Below are positions 9,443 to 19,379 of a stretch of 64,000 nucleotides of DNA, in pieces. The position numbers and the translations under genes were made by a program. Source of the DNA: Naegleria gruberi (Eukaryota); the NCBI GenBank assembly GCA_000004985.1, contig GG738891.1; one strand, given 5' to 3'. The notes beneath the pieces are model-generated. The model saw only the letters and a list, made by a program, of their open reading frames with translations. It ran no database searches and was not told the DNA's origin. How positions within the stretch are numbered: the stretch's first letter is position 1; each line of letters starts with the position of its first letter.

Positions 9443-11299
9443 TTATAACTTAGGGGTAGTGCTATTCTTTCTTACAGTAATTTCCTCATTTAGGTTTTCT
9501 TGTATGCATGCTAAAATCTTAGATTTGTTTTCAATGGCATAAAATTGTGACATTAAGTGAATTTGTTGAATTGGAGAATAGATTCTTATATTAATTCTTG
9601 CTTGAACTAGATCAAACCAATTAATGGAAGGGGGTGGAGCTAGAATTCCTGTAGTATATTCAGCAAGTGATTTCTCATCAATACTCCAATTATGTCTATA
9701 AATTTCTTTCCATATAACATCAGACTTGGCAGATTCGTACCAATGTCTACAAACAGAGAAACATGTCAATAAATCAGGTATATCCAAAAAGAGGAATATA
9801 TACACTAGGGAATCTGTAGTAATACGTCTATTGAGTTCACCATTATTCTTCTTTGATCCTTGCTTAATTGTAAGTTTAAATCCTTCAATGCATTGCATTA
9901 AATAGTCAGATGAAATATATATACAATTATCAGAATTATTTGAGAAGGTTTTCTGAATATTTTGTAAACTTAATACTTGAGTGTCTGATCCTACTGGAAG
10001 TGTGACAATCTTTCTATGTTTGGGTTTGCTTTGAATGACAACAGGTTTTTCTTCTTCTGGCACATACTCATCATCGTCAGCTTTTCTCTTTCTTTTACCT
10101 TTTCCAGTTCCAACAATTGTTAGTTCAGATTCCTCATCCATCATCTGATCTGCATCATCTGTACTTGATTGAGGTGCACTTGGAAGTGGTTTAGTTCTTG
10201 GTCTACCTCTTCCTCTCTTCTTTTCCACTTGTGGTGGTGATGGAGGTGGTAGTTCAACACTTGATGAGGCAGAAGCTACAATTGTTTGTACAGTTGCTTC
10301 CAAAGGAGGTGCTGGTTTTTTCTTGTTGGAAGAACCTTTTGGACGACCTCTACTCCTCTTTCCTTGTTTTTCAGGTGTTGAAACATTAGTAGATGTTGTT
10401 GTGGCAGCTGCTTCCAATGATGTTTGTGTGTTTGTCAATTGTGAAGAGGTTGCAGATTCCTCAGTGCCAGTAGTACTACTACTAGAAGATGATGGTTTGC
10501 TTTCATCAGTTGCTTTAAGAGATTCGGAAACAAGATGGCCTGCATCATTGTACTTGATAAAAGGTCTCACTCCCTGTTGGGCTCCTGTACCAGGATCTAA
10601 AAAGCCTACATTAGTGGAATATTTAATACCACAAGCATTACATAATGTTCCTGTTCCAAGAGGTCCCTTTCTCCAAGTAGGAGTATCCATACATCCACAA
10701 TTAGAGCAAACAGCCTTCGCTTGAATTCTCTTCACTTTCAATGAAGAAACAATAGAATCTCTTTCACCTTCTGCCAATTGTACAATTTCACCCTTCTTGC
10801 CAGGCTTCTTTTTCTTTTGGTGTTCTTCTGTGGTTGCTGTTGGTACTGTTGTGGATGCATCCTTGTCCCAAATTAATTGTAGTGTGGTTGGTGCCTCTGT
10901 ATTGATTGTTGTTGGTGGTAAATTGTTACAAGGAAGGGAGGAAGAGGCTGGATCTTGTCTGCCAACTTGTCCTCCTGAGGCTGAAAATACATTGGGAATA
11001 ACAGATGATCCATTCACAACACTACTAATAGAACCCTTCTCGGCACTAGAGGTTAATTGATCCAGAATACTACCGAGTGTTATTTCATTGGTGTTATCTG
11101 AGGTCATCCCGACAATCCCTGGCGTGTTAGTATCAACAGATGAAGCAGTTAGGGGTGTACTAGACTCTTGAACCTCTAGTTTGACTGTAGAAGATGACAA
11201 CACGTCTACAGCTGCTGGACTAACAGTGTTAGCCTCCTGAGTTGTTGAAGGAGGATGATTCAGCTGTGTTTCTTCTTGGTTTTCGGAGGCGAGGCTCAT
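9443..11299 (-). CDS. GATA zinc-finger / AT-hook / F-box-like protein
   Basis: The protein has a GATA finger (CSNCGCMDTPTWRKGPLGTGTLCNACGIKY). It has two AT-hooks (KRSRGRPKGS, KKRGRGRPRTKP). A C-terminal F-box-like motif follows (FLDIPDLLTCFSVCRHWYESAKSDVIWKEIY). The likely start is ATG 11299 (MSLASENQ) after AAAAAA. The ORF is open up to 11398. Confidence 0.7.
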   Translation of the reverse strand: MSLASENQEETQLNHPPSTTQEANTVSPAAVDVLSSSTVKLEVQESSTPLTASSVDTNTPGIVGMTSDNTNEITLGSILDQLTSSAEKGSISSVVNGSSVIPNVFSASGGQVGRQDPASSSLPCNNLPPTTINTEAPTTLQLIWDKDASTTVPTATTEEHQKKKKPGKKGEIVQLAEGERDSIVSSLKVKRIQAKAVCSNCGCMDTPTWRKGPLGTGTLCNACGIKYSTNVGFLDPGTGAQQGVRPFIKYNDAGHLVSESLKATDESKPSSSSSSTTGTEESATSSQLTNTQTSLEAAATTTSTNVSTPEKQGKRSRGRPKGSSNKKKPAPPLEATVQTIVASASSSVELPPPSPPQVEKKRGRGRPRTKPLPSAPQSSTDDADQMMDEESELTIVGTGKGKRKRKADDDEYVPEEEKPVVIQSKPKHRKIVTLPVGSDTQVLSLQNIQKTFSNNSDNCIYISSDYLMQCIEGFKLTIKQGSKKNNGELNRRITTDSLVYIFLFLDIPDLLTCFSVCRHWYESAKSDVIWKEIYRHNWSIDEKSLAEYTTGILAPPPSINWFDLVQARINIRIYSPIQQIHLMSQFYAIENKSKILACIQENLNEEITVRKNSTTPKL

Positions 11300-11562
11300 T
11301 TTTTTAATTAAAAATAATAAAATATTTGTGATGATGATAGAAAATTGTTCATCAAAGGACAACCTGTTGTGATCTTTGTTGTAACTTGAATGGAACACAA
11401 TTTTAGATTAATGGATTGTGTTTATTTTGTGGTGGTTGTACTGTGTCGGATGATCGTATTGCAAGACTTTCATTATCTAACTTTTGTCATTTTCAAATAT
11501 GTTGATTATTATTGCAATGTTGAACACAATTTGGATGAGAACAAGGATTAGATTCTTTCTTG

Positions 11563-12831
11563 ATGATGGAAAGAGAAAGAAGTGAACTTGCTATTACAAT
11601 AAAGTTTAAAAAAATGACTTCGGCTCTGCAGCCAGGGAAAATGCTCAGCAACAATAACCAAACATCAAGTTGTTGCCCACCATCTTCTCAGTTGCAGCAT
11701 CAGCAAGGAGGTACAATGACTATCGGAAGAATGTCTTCAGTGGCCAATCATCATAAACGTGGTGGAGCTAATAGCAATGGAAAGAGAGGACTGAACATGA
11801 CTACAACAAGAATAAATCAACAGAAAGAAATTAATGATGGAGAGGGTATGAGAGATGATTCATCTCTCATTAATCAGAAGCTTCAAAATAGTAGTAATGA
11901 TAATAATAATTCGGAAAGGGAGAAGGAAACAATTGTTAATTCAGATCGTTTGAGATTATTGCTTTTTAATCATAAAAGCAGAAATACAATTTATAATAAT
12001 TCTCTAAATAAGCAACAAGTAACTGTTAAGAACTTGGTCCATGTCGGTGTTGAACAACAGCCAGCAAAAAAATATAATCATTCTCAATCAGAAAAATCAG
12101 ACAATTGTTTTGATGAAGGAAATCAAGAGAAAATTAATAGTACTGTGGAAGAAATGAATTCTATTATAAAACCGAAATGGTTAAAATCTATTGTGGATAA
12201 TCAGTGCGATTTGGGTTTTGTGAAGGAAAATGGAAATTGTACAAATATGAATCATTACCCAAAGATAAGGGAAAATAATTCTTTTATGGATACCAAATCA
12301 AAGAAAGTTTCAAAAGAGTCAATTAATGTGAAAAAGAAGAATGGTTCCAATAGGAAAATTGAAAGGACAGAAAAATCCTTTAATAATGTAATGTTGGAGT
12401 TATTCAAAGAAAGGTCAACCGAAATACAACCTCCACAAGATATTCAAAGTAATGACACAATGTTTACAAAGCTAACCAAGTCGTGGAATAGATTCTTATT
12501 CTGGTGGATTAAATGGAAGAGGGATTTCACCACCAACACCATTCACCAATTTTTGAGTTCATATGATCCAGTGATGAGGACATTTGAGTGTGTTTTCATA
12601 TTTTTCGAAACTTTTAGAATACCCTATCCTATTCGATATGCTGTTCATCGAATCAGACACTTTTTATATTTGATATTTCAATTTGTGTGGACATCCACAT
12701 TTCTCTTTGAGGAAAATTCAGAATTTGAACGTGAGCTTTTATCTCACAACAATAGAAGAAACGACTCTCAAATCTACAATGCCGATCCAAGATATTATTA
12801 CGATGATGTAAATTACTATTCACAAAATTAA
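11563..12831 (+). CDS. hypothetical protein, N/S-rich with hydrophobic C-terminus
   Basis: This is a ~420-aa ORF. The first ATG is at 11563. An alternative ATG at 11614 has the better A-run context. I recognise no domain. Confidence 0.4.
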   Translation: MMERERSELAITIKFKKMTSALQPGKMLSNNNQTSSCCPPSSQLQHQQGGTMTIGRMSSVANHHKRGGANSNGKRGLNMTTTRINQQKEINDGEGMRDDSSLINQKLQNSSNDNNNSEREKETIVNSDRLRLLLFNHKSRNTIYNNSLNKQQVTVKNLVHVGVEQQPAKKYNHSQSEKSDNCFDEGNQEKINSTVEEMNSIIKPKWLKSIVDNQCDLGFVKENGNCTNMNHYPKIRENNSFMDTKSKKVSKESINVKKKNGSNRKIERTEKSFNNVMLELFKERSTEIQPPQDIQSNDTMFTKLTKSWNRFLFWWIKWKRDFTTNTIHQFLSSYDPVMRTFECVFIFFETFRIPYPIRYAVHRIRHFLYLIFQFVWTSTFLFEENSEFERELLSHNNRRNDSQIYNADPRYYYDDVNYYSQN

Positions 12832-13144
12832 TTTAAGATTATAAGATATAATAAGAAAATTGGTAGTATTAATATGAATTAGTTTATGCTCAACGTTAAT
12901 AGCTAAAGTAATAGAAAATATATTGAGAATAGGGAAGAACGCCTTTTATTAACGTTAAATATTTAAAAAAAATATTTTAAGGAAACTCAAAGCCTTAGAA
13001 AATTTCTAACCGACGAAAATTTTCATCCCTCAATCAAGCGTTCTATCATTGTGATTATTATATATATTGCGTGTATATTTATACTGTTGGAAATTGTAGG
13101 ACCAATCCGTTGATGATCTAATATTCACTCACAATTCGAGGAAA

Positions 13145-14173
13145 ATGATAAGCAACAACAAGTTACCATCATCCATATTATTATCATCATCTTCAAATTC
13201 TAATAACAATAACATTTCAACAACACCACGAGGGGAAATGCTTACCATCAATGATTTGCAATCACCTTCTCCGAATAGATCTGGAAGAGTAGCCTCTTCG
13301 GGTTTATTATTGGCAACATCAACTCCTCCTCCCCTCAATATTTCAAAGAAGCTGAATAATTCAACGATGGGTTTAGCAAATAGTAATAATAATAGCAACA
13401 ACAATAGTAGCAACAATAGTGCTCGTGTGAGTCCCCTCGTTGAAAGATTGAATGCAGTTAAGAACACAGCCCAATCATTTAATGGAGGATTAATGGAAGA
13501 TTTAAATTCTAGGAAGGAAGTAGAACAAACCAAAGTGTACGAACTAAGAGATACTGTATCTAGATTGGAGAAGGATTTGACTATGGAAATGAGGAAGAGA
13601 GCAGATGGAGACAAGGTCTTACAAACAATGTGTGATAACAAGATAAATACTATACAGGATTTGATAGAGAAGAAAATGTCTGAAAAGTTTTCTCAAATGC
13701 AACAAACTGTTGATACTCTCACTAAACGTGTTCTAAGTCTGGAAAAGTGTTTGGCTGAGGAGAAGGATTATTCATCCAAGTTTTCAACCTCTATGAAATC
13801 TGGTGTTTTGGGACAATTGGAAGAACTCAGAAATCTAGTTGAGGACGAAAGATTGAATCGATTGGATAGAGAATCTCAAATGATGAGAAAGTTCAATGAT
13901 GAATATTACAAACTCTCTCAAAAGTTAGACACTGAAAAGAAATCTAGGGAAATATTTATGAATTCCACACGTGAGGAAATTGAAAGAATTGAACAAGCTA
14001 AGGCCAAAATTGATCAGGACTTTAGAGCTCAACTCTTTGAAGAAATTGATTCGATTCGTGATGAAATCAAAGTTGAAAAGGAACAACGAGAAATTGTCGA
14101 TGAGCAAATAGTTTCTTCCTTAGATACGATTATCAAGGAAGTCCACGACTCTCTCAGATTAGTTACTAAATAA
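13145..14173 (+). CDS. coiled-coil protein, SF-assemblin / beta-giardin-like (342 aa)
   Basis: The N-terminus is low-complexity. About 250 aa of heptad-rich coiled coil follow. Segmented repeats and the C-terminal ending (IVSSLDTIIKEVHDSLRLVTK) resemble striated-fibre assemblins. Confidence 0.55.
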   Translation: MISNNKLPSSILLSSSSNSNNNNISTTPRGEMLTINDLQSPSPNRSGRVASSGLLLATSTPPPLNISKKLNNSTMGLANSNNNSNNNSSNNSARVSPLVERLNAVKNTAQSFNGGLMEDLNSRKEVEQTKVYELRDTVSRLEKDLTMEMRKRADGDKVLQTMCDNKINTIQDLIEKKMSEKFSQMQQTVDTLTKRVLSLEKCLAEEKDYSSKFSTSMKSGVLGQLEELRNLVEDERLNRLDRESQMMRKFNDEYYKLSQKLDTEKKSREIFMNSTREEIERIEQAKAKIDQDFRAQLFEEIDSIRDEIKVEKEQREIVDEQIVSSLDTIIKEVHDSLRLVTK

Positions 14174-14394
14174 AAGAAACAAACCTGTACTTCATTGATA
14201 CAGTATTTTACTAATGATATTTTTGATATCTAAGCTTTTCAATATTTCAACAAGATTCGATTACATTGCAATGGCATTTCCAGATGGCGACAATGGCGAC
14301 TTTTTTATCAAAATTAGAAAACCTTCCATACCAGTTTGTATTTAAATTTACTAATCTCTCCAAGCAAAGATATCCAAAAAGTTCTTCAAAAAAA

Positions 14395-15531
14395 ATGTCA
14401 TCAATACTCCACCTAGTTTTTAGATCAATTTTTAGAGTCTCTGTTTGGTGTTATGGTTGTTATCGATTTGTCACTGGTGCCTCGTCATCATCAAATAGTG
14501 ATGTCTCCTCGGAAACCTTGCTATGGAATAAATTTATATCTGCTGGAATGGATATCAAGTTTGAAGAGGTTGAAAAGTTCAGACAACAGTCCAGAACACT
14601 CATTCCTATCATGTTTGCTCCAATGGATAATTCTCTATTCGGATGTGCTGATAAAATTGAAAAAATTGAAGAATTGAGAGGTTCCTATTGGATTTCATTG
14701 GAAAAGAAACAGGGAGCAGTTATGGTATTTATGCATGGAGGTGGATTCATCTCTGGTCATCCAATTGGAATGGATTGTCAATCGATAGTGTATGCTTTAA
14801 AGGATTTCAATAAGAAGAATTCGACAACTCAAAAATGTAGTCACGTCTTGTCAGTTGAATATAGATTATGTGATGATCCAAATAATAAGGATAGAATGGA
14901 TAGAAATTTGTGTACAGATAATTTGAATGATCAATTGGAGGATTGTTATGAAGCTTTCAGATGGTTGATAGAGGAGAAGGGAATTAAGGCAAGTAATATT
15001 GTGCTTGCTGGTTATTCTGCTGGTGCTACACATGCTGCAATGCTAGTTTTGAAAAAGTTGATGAATAGTGAAAATCCAGAAATGTGGCCAATTCGATCAG
15101 TTGCCATGTGTTCAGCTTCATGTGATCTCTCCAATCGAATTGTTAACTCTGATGAGAAAAAAGCTGGTGGAGTAACAATTATTCATCAAGGTTTGAGAAA
15201 TCTCATTACCAAGTGCGTTCCACAAGAAGAAAAGGACAAGTACTCTTTGATAGGAACAATGAATGAAATGGAAAAACAAGATTCTTCCTTCTTTTCTAAA
15301 GTATTAAGCACCAAATGGATTGTCAATTATAGTAGTGATGAAGAATTGGCAGCTTCCAATTTATATCTTGTGGATAAATTGCAAATGAAAGCTCAGGAGT
15401 TGAATCTACCAGATCATCAAGTTGTAGAAATTGCTGAACCAAACCAAATGCATTGCTATTTAGTTGGTTATTCTGTTCTTCAAGTTGCCAAACAATCAAT
15501 GAGCAGATTCCTTGAAAATGCCTTCAATTAA
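14395..15531 (+). CDS. alpha/beta-hydrolase, esterase/lipase (HGGG / GxSxG, Abhydrolase_3-like)
   Basis: The oxyanion motif is VFMHGGGFISGHP and the nucleophile elbow is GYSAGATHAA. The ATG at 14395 follows an A-run. The ORF is open from 14266. Confidence 0.7.
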   Translation: MSSILHLVFRSIFRVSVWCYGCYRFVTGASSSSNSDVSSETLLWNKFISAGMDIKFEEVEKFRQQSRTLIPIMFAPMDNSLFGCADKIEKIEELRGSYWISLEKKQGAVMVFMHGGGFISGHPIGMDCQSIVYALKDFNKKNSTTQKCSHVLSVEYRLCDDPNNKDRMDRNLCTDNLNDQLEDCYEAFRWLIEEKGIKASNIVLAGYSAGATHAAMLVLKKLMNSENPEMWPIRSVAMCSASCDLSNRIVNSDEKKAGGVTIIHQGLRNLITKCVPQEEKDKYSLIGTMNEMEKQDSSFFSKVLSTKWIVNYSSDEELAASNLYLVDKLQMKAQELNLPDHQVVEIAEPNQMHCYLVGYSVLQVAKQSMSRFLENAFN

Positions 15532-15657
15532 TAAACCTGTACATACTCCTTTTTATTCTAATAAGATATTAAGAAAAGTTTGTTGGACCATTTTTAGCTA
15601 CCTTAGCACCTTAACAAGGATAATCATTATTTATAATTTTGATGTTGATGTATGTAA

Positions 15658-15728
15658 TCGGGTGTGGTATAGTGGTAGCATTCCAGACTGTCACTCTGGC
15701 GACCCGGGTTCAATTCCCGGCACTCGAG
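15658..15728 (+). tRNA. tRNA-Asp (GUC)
   Basis: The sequence is TCGGGTGTGGTATAGTGGTAGCATTCCAGACTGTCACTCTGGCGACCCGGGTTCAATTCCCGGCACTCGAG. The acceptor stem pairs TCGGGTG with CACTCGA, the anticodon stem is CCAGA/TCTGG with loop CTGTCAC, and the T-arm is CCGGG-TTCAATT-CCCGG. A T-run lies shortly downstream. Confidence 0.9.
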
Positions 15729-16358
15729 TAACAATTTTATTTTATCCAGTTTATTTCTTTTTTTTTGTTTACGATTTTTATGTGTAATGTACTCCAGATA
15801 TCTTACTTCTTAAGTACGTTTTTATTTTTTAAAATTCTTTTTATTTCCATTTTTGGAAACCTCGGCTTGAAGGTCATTTTTTTTACATCCAAACTAGCTG
15901 AGTATTTTGGTAAATTCAAATTATTTTTTTAAACTACTTGATTTGTGTTTGAAAGAGTATGAAAAATGTCTCTTCTGTTACTTTCACCAACACTAGTAAT
16001 CGAGTTAAATCCTATCACCTTCCTCTAATCTCTGATATAAAAGCAGAGAAATTCAAAACATCCTTTTCCAAATAACAAGCTTCATCGAATTCATTAAACC
16101 ACTTTGGTTGCATTTCTCTTTTTTATTAGATTGATGAATTTTCAATCAAAAATCCTTGATAATTAGTTATGGCTTGGTCACATCCAGGGATTTGGATTTT
16201 ACTATTCATCATTTAATAATGATTAATTAAAAAGTAACCCAATAAACACAAAATTATAAGTTGACCCACTTGTTTTTGTACTATTTCCTCTTTTGTCAAT
16301 TAACATTTTGAGAAAATCATTAAAAAATAAAAATTCAAAATAACCAATTTTAAACAAA

Positions 16359-16753
16359 ATGAAAAAACTATCAATAACAAGCAAACTATTTACAAAGAAG
16401 TGGAAATTTTCCCAAAATCAAGTTCGATTTGTTCAAGTAAGTTTCAAACCCCAAATTAATTCACACAATAATCTCTGTTTTTGACAATGAAACTCACACA
16501 GACCGCATTGGTCACTGAGGAGGGAGATCGATTTGAACAGGAGGTTCAAAAAACACTCAAGGGAGATGTTGCCAAAACCATAATTGACTATCAAGGATGG
16601 AATGAAACTTTAGGATCATCCAGTGAGGCAATCGTTAAAGCAGAACGTTCAGAACAATTGAATGGACCAACGATGGAAGACCTTCAAAAACAAACCATTG
16701 AATTTCTTCATGAGAGAGAGGATAAGAAACAATATCCATTCGATAAAGAATAA
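16359..16753 (+). CDS. small hypothetical protein, basic presequence-like N-terminus (2 exons, ~110 aa)
   Basis: Exon 1 is 16359..16436 (MKKLSITSKLFTKKWKFSQNQVRFVQ). The intron is 16437..16501 (GTAAGT..CAG, phase 0). Exon 2 is 16502..16753. This is a hand-built model only. Confidence 0.35.
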
Positions 16754-16932
16754 TCAATATGGAGATGAAATAAATTATTGTTCTACCTATTTCAAGCTCG
16801 AGAAAGGGATTTTTATTGAACATGAAAAGAACACGAATTGAGTATGAGAGATTATGAAGATATTCTGGTTAGGGATGATACAATACTTTAAATATCAAAG
16901 TTTATCCTCTTCAAATAGTAGTGCTGAGCTAC

Positions 16933-17281
16933 TTAGTTGATTTTGTGACCATTAACTGAAATGTTACCATACTTGTAAATAATGACAAACAGAATAATGA
17001 AAGTAACGATACTACATGCAAGGAAACAGAAAAACAATCCCAAACCAATAGCTCCAAACTATTACAATTTCAAATTCTGATCTACTTACTTTTCTTCCTC
17101 TACTGCTATACTTGGTACGATTTCTTGTAATGAAAAAGAGAACAATCCAAATGATTGGCAAACAAAATCCACCCAAGAATAACAAAAAGGCCATGTCATC
17201 ATTCTTGTTCATTTCAGAATTTTCATTTGGCATGAGTATTTCATTTGGTCTATTTTCTGTGAGTGAATGCTGAGTTTTCAA
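16933..17281 (-). CDS. small two-TM membrane protein (model depends on a 31-nt intron)
   Basis: Exon 1 is 17090..17281 and ends ..YSSRGRK. Removing 17059..17089 (GTAAGT..ATAG) continues the frame as FGAIGLGLFFCFLACSIVTFIILFVIIYKYGNISVNGHKIN, with a stop at 16933. The unspliced ORF instead ends at 17012. Confidence 0.3.
17038..17062. repeat. 25-nt local repeat, copy A (partner 17828..17852, 24/25 identical)
   Basis: TCCCAAACCAATAGCTCCA[A/C]ACTAT occurs twice in direct orientation. In copy A it spans the proposed intron acceptor and exon-2 start of the small TM gene. Confidence 0.8.
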
Positions 17282-17559
17282 TTGCTTACTTACTGGTAAT
17301 TGGTTTGAGAAGGGTAACCATTATTGTGAACGAGTTGATCTTGCATTCGATAAATATATTTGTTTTCTATTCAAATTTGAGTTTCTACCAGTGATTAGTT
17401 TTTTTCTGATAATTGTTTCTCAAACAGAGTGAATCAAACACTTGTAGTCAATTTTGGCCATAAAACAAGTAACCCTTACAGTCAACATATTGGCATTAGA
17501 TTTCAATGTGCTGCTCTTTCTTCCTTTTTACCTTGTGTAATCGTGATACATAATTATTG

Positions 17560-17581
17560 GAATGTTATTGGAAGGTTACAT
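17560..17581. repeat. 22-nt direct repeat, left copy (partner 18133..18154, 21/22 identical)
   Basis: GAATGTT[A/T]TTGGAAGGTTACAT occurs at both positions. The two copies flank the segment that contains the RGS-gene fragment. Confidence 0.8.
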
Positions 17582-17640
17582 GAATTCACAGTATTCAAAC
17601 TCTAATTCTGAAGAGATTTGAAGTTGGCGATTTCACAAAT

Positions 17641-17793
17641 AGAGACCAATCGAGAGAGTAACACCAATTCTTATACTGATGAGAGTACATGAATCTTGGA
17701 ATAATATCACTCTTAATCATATGAAGAATGATCGAGTGAGCCTCATCGAACACGTCCATTGTTAAAACCGACAAGATATTAGAGGTCGCATGT
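17641..17793 (-). pseudogene. inverted duplicated fragment of the RGS-domain gene (copy of 21780..21932)
   Basis: By-eye alignment gives about 8 mismatches in ~152 nt against the reverse complement of 21780..21932. On the minus strand it reads TSNILSVLTMDVFDEAHSIILHMIKSDIIPRFMYSHQYKNWCYSLDWS. The parent gene reads TSNILSVLTIDVFDEAHSIILHMIKSDIIPRFMYSHQYKNWSYSLDWS. Confidence 0.8.
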
Positions 17794-17827
17794 CACGCTT
17801 CATAGTATTGTTGTGAACTTTGAAAAT

Positions 17828-17852
17828 TCCCAAACCAATAGCTCCACACTAT
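17828..17852. repeat. 25-nt local repeat, copy B (partner 17038..17062)
   Basis: On the minus strand it is preceded by a GTAAGT...ATAG intron-like 51-nt segment, mirroring the structure at copy A. The downstream frame (CGAIGLGIF..) is truncated. Confidence 0.7.
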
Positions 17853-18132
17853 ATCAATAATTCATTAATTAATCATATTCAACATCTTTAACAACTTACC
17901 TCTATCACCAGTCAATAAGGCATTTTGTCTTAACATTTGTTATAGTTTCGAAATTGCAGCAATCATCTGATACGTTTCCATAATGAGCATGTTAATATAT
18001 AGATCAGTACTTAAATGCTGACACTTGGTTAGGATAACAAATAGATTCCTTTTCAATTTTACAAATAAGGGATTGTAAAAATTATGTCATAACACCTATA
18101 GTCTATTATAGCACAGATTTGCTTTCTGACTA

Positions 18133-18154
18133 GAATGTTTTTGGAAGGTTACAT
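18133..18154. repeat. 22-nt direct repeat, right copy (partner 17560..17581)
   Basis: The sequence is GAATGTTTTTGGAAGGTTACAT. Confidence 0.8.
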
Positions 18155-18424
18155 ACTTCTCCAGTGCTTTGAACCCTTGCTCTCAGTGTATTCATAATAT
18201 TCTTGTTATTAATTTCAACATTTAGTGAGCTGGTTAAACTTTTCATCAAAGAGGGGTAGAGCAGTACTTATTAATGAATATAGGTCAATACTATTTGTTA
18301 ATATTGAATCAAGAAAAGCATTGAAAATATTGTGGACTAAACCAAACTTTTGTTTACAAAAAATCAATCTGATCCTCTTTACTTATACAAATTGAATTAT
18401 TTGTACTTGTATATTATACATCAA

Positions 18425-19051
18425 TTATTCCTTAGTAAATTTACCATAAATAACTTTGGCATCATTGAAATCATCAACAACAACCTTTGAAGTAACATGC
18501 TTAACACCATCCTTTTCAACTTCTCTATATTTCAATGAACCTCTAATAGAGACAATGACACCCTTCTTGAAGAATTTAGTGGCAACCTTTGCCAAAACTG
18601 GATTGAAGGAAACTACACTGTGGAATGTAGATTGTTCTTCAATATTTTCACCCTTCTTAATTCTCTCCGAGGTAACAACAGTCAAACCAGTAAAAGTTCC
18701 ACCATTTGCAATTTCCTTTATAACAGCATCAGAAGCAAGAGTACCAATAAGATGAACAGAATTGACTGATCCTCTAATTTGGAAAGTTTGTCCTTCTTCT
18801 TGAGAAGGTGCTGGCTTTGAAGATACATTTGTCTTTTTGTATGAAGAATTTGATGATGATGAATAAGAAGGAGTATCACTATTTGATGATGAAGAGGATG
18901 AAGTTGTTGTTGTTGGTTTAACGCTCACTCTTCTGGTAACATCGGAGAGGGTTTGGCTTGTGTGATAGGAACAAGCAGAAGAAGCGAATTGATGGTGGTG
19001 GTGATACAAGGCTGAAGATCTGTTGCCAATAATTGAAATTCTCTTTAACAT
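18425..19051 (-). CDS. mitochondrial single-stranded DNA-binding protein (SSB, OB-fold)
   Basis: The C-terminal ~115 aa match the SSB pattern (VNSVHLIGTLASDAVIKEI..GGTFTGLTVVTSE......EEQSTFHSVVSFNPVLAKVATKFFKKGVIVSIRGSLKYRE). The N-terminus is presequence-like (MLKRISIIGNRSS), followed by an S/T-rich linker. Confidence 0.7.
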   Translation of the reverse strand: MLKRISIIGNRSSALYHHHHQFASSACSYHTSQTLSDVTRRVSVKPTTTTSSSSSSNSDTPSYSSSSNSSYKKTNVSSKPAPSQEEGQTFQIRGSVNSVHLIGTLASDAVIKEIANGGTFTGLTVVTSERIKKGENIEEQSTFHSVVSFNPVLAKVATKFFKKGVIVSIRGSLKYREVEKDGVKHVTSKVVVDDFNDAKVIYGKFTKE

Positions 19052-19379
19052 TTTTTTAATTTTTTAAATTTTCCAAAGTTGAGCGGGAGAGTTTCATATC
19101 CTCGGAATTGATGAAATGATGATGATATTGATGATGGAATGAATAGGATGAGATTATTCATAGGAATGTATCAATAAGGTCTCATTCCGATTAAATTAAT
19201 TTTTCATCAAATCAATTATTAAAATTTCAGAGATGATGAAGAACAAAGTAATCTTTCCTTTCATCAAACATCTTTTCAACTGCAAGCAAATATCATTCTC
19301 TTTGCATATAAACTAATAGAAAATGAAAAGATCAAGATAGCCGTTGCCAACTGCAGTTGTTGTTTCCAAATAGAAAAAA

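Noticed and set aside
13129-13641. Long antisense or overlapping ORFs lie inside better genes. Examples are 13129..13641, 2271..2570, 3767..4108, 4006..4248, 10323..10724, 29977..30537, 31356..31682, 49222..49491, 50032..50592 and 60152..60619.
   Set aside because: They are shadows of low-complexity or codon-biased coding regions on the opposite strand or in another frame (poly-L, poly-I and poly-M translations of AAT/GAT/CAA repeats). None has any domain signal.
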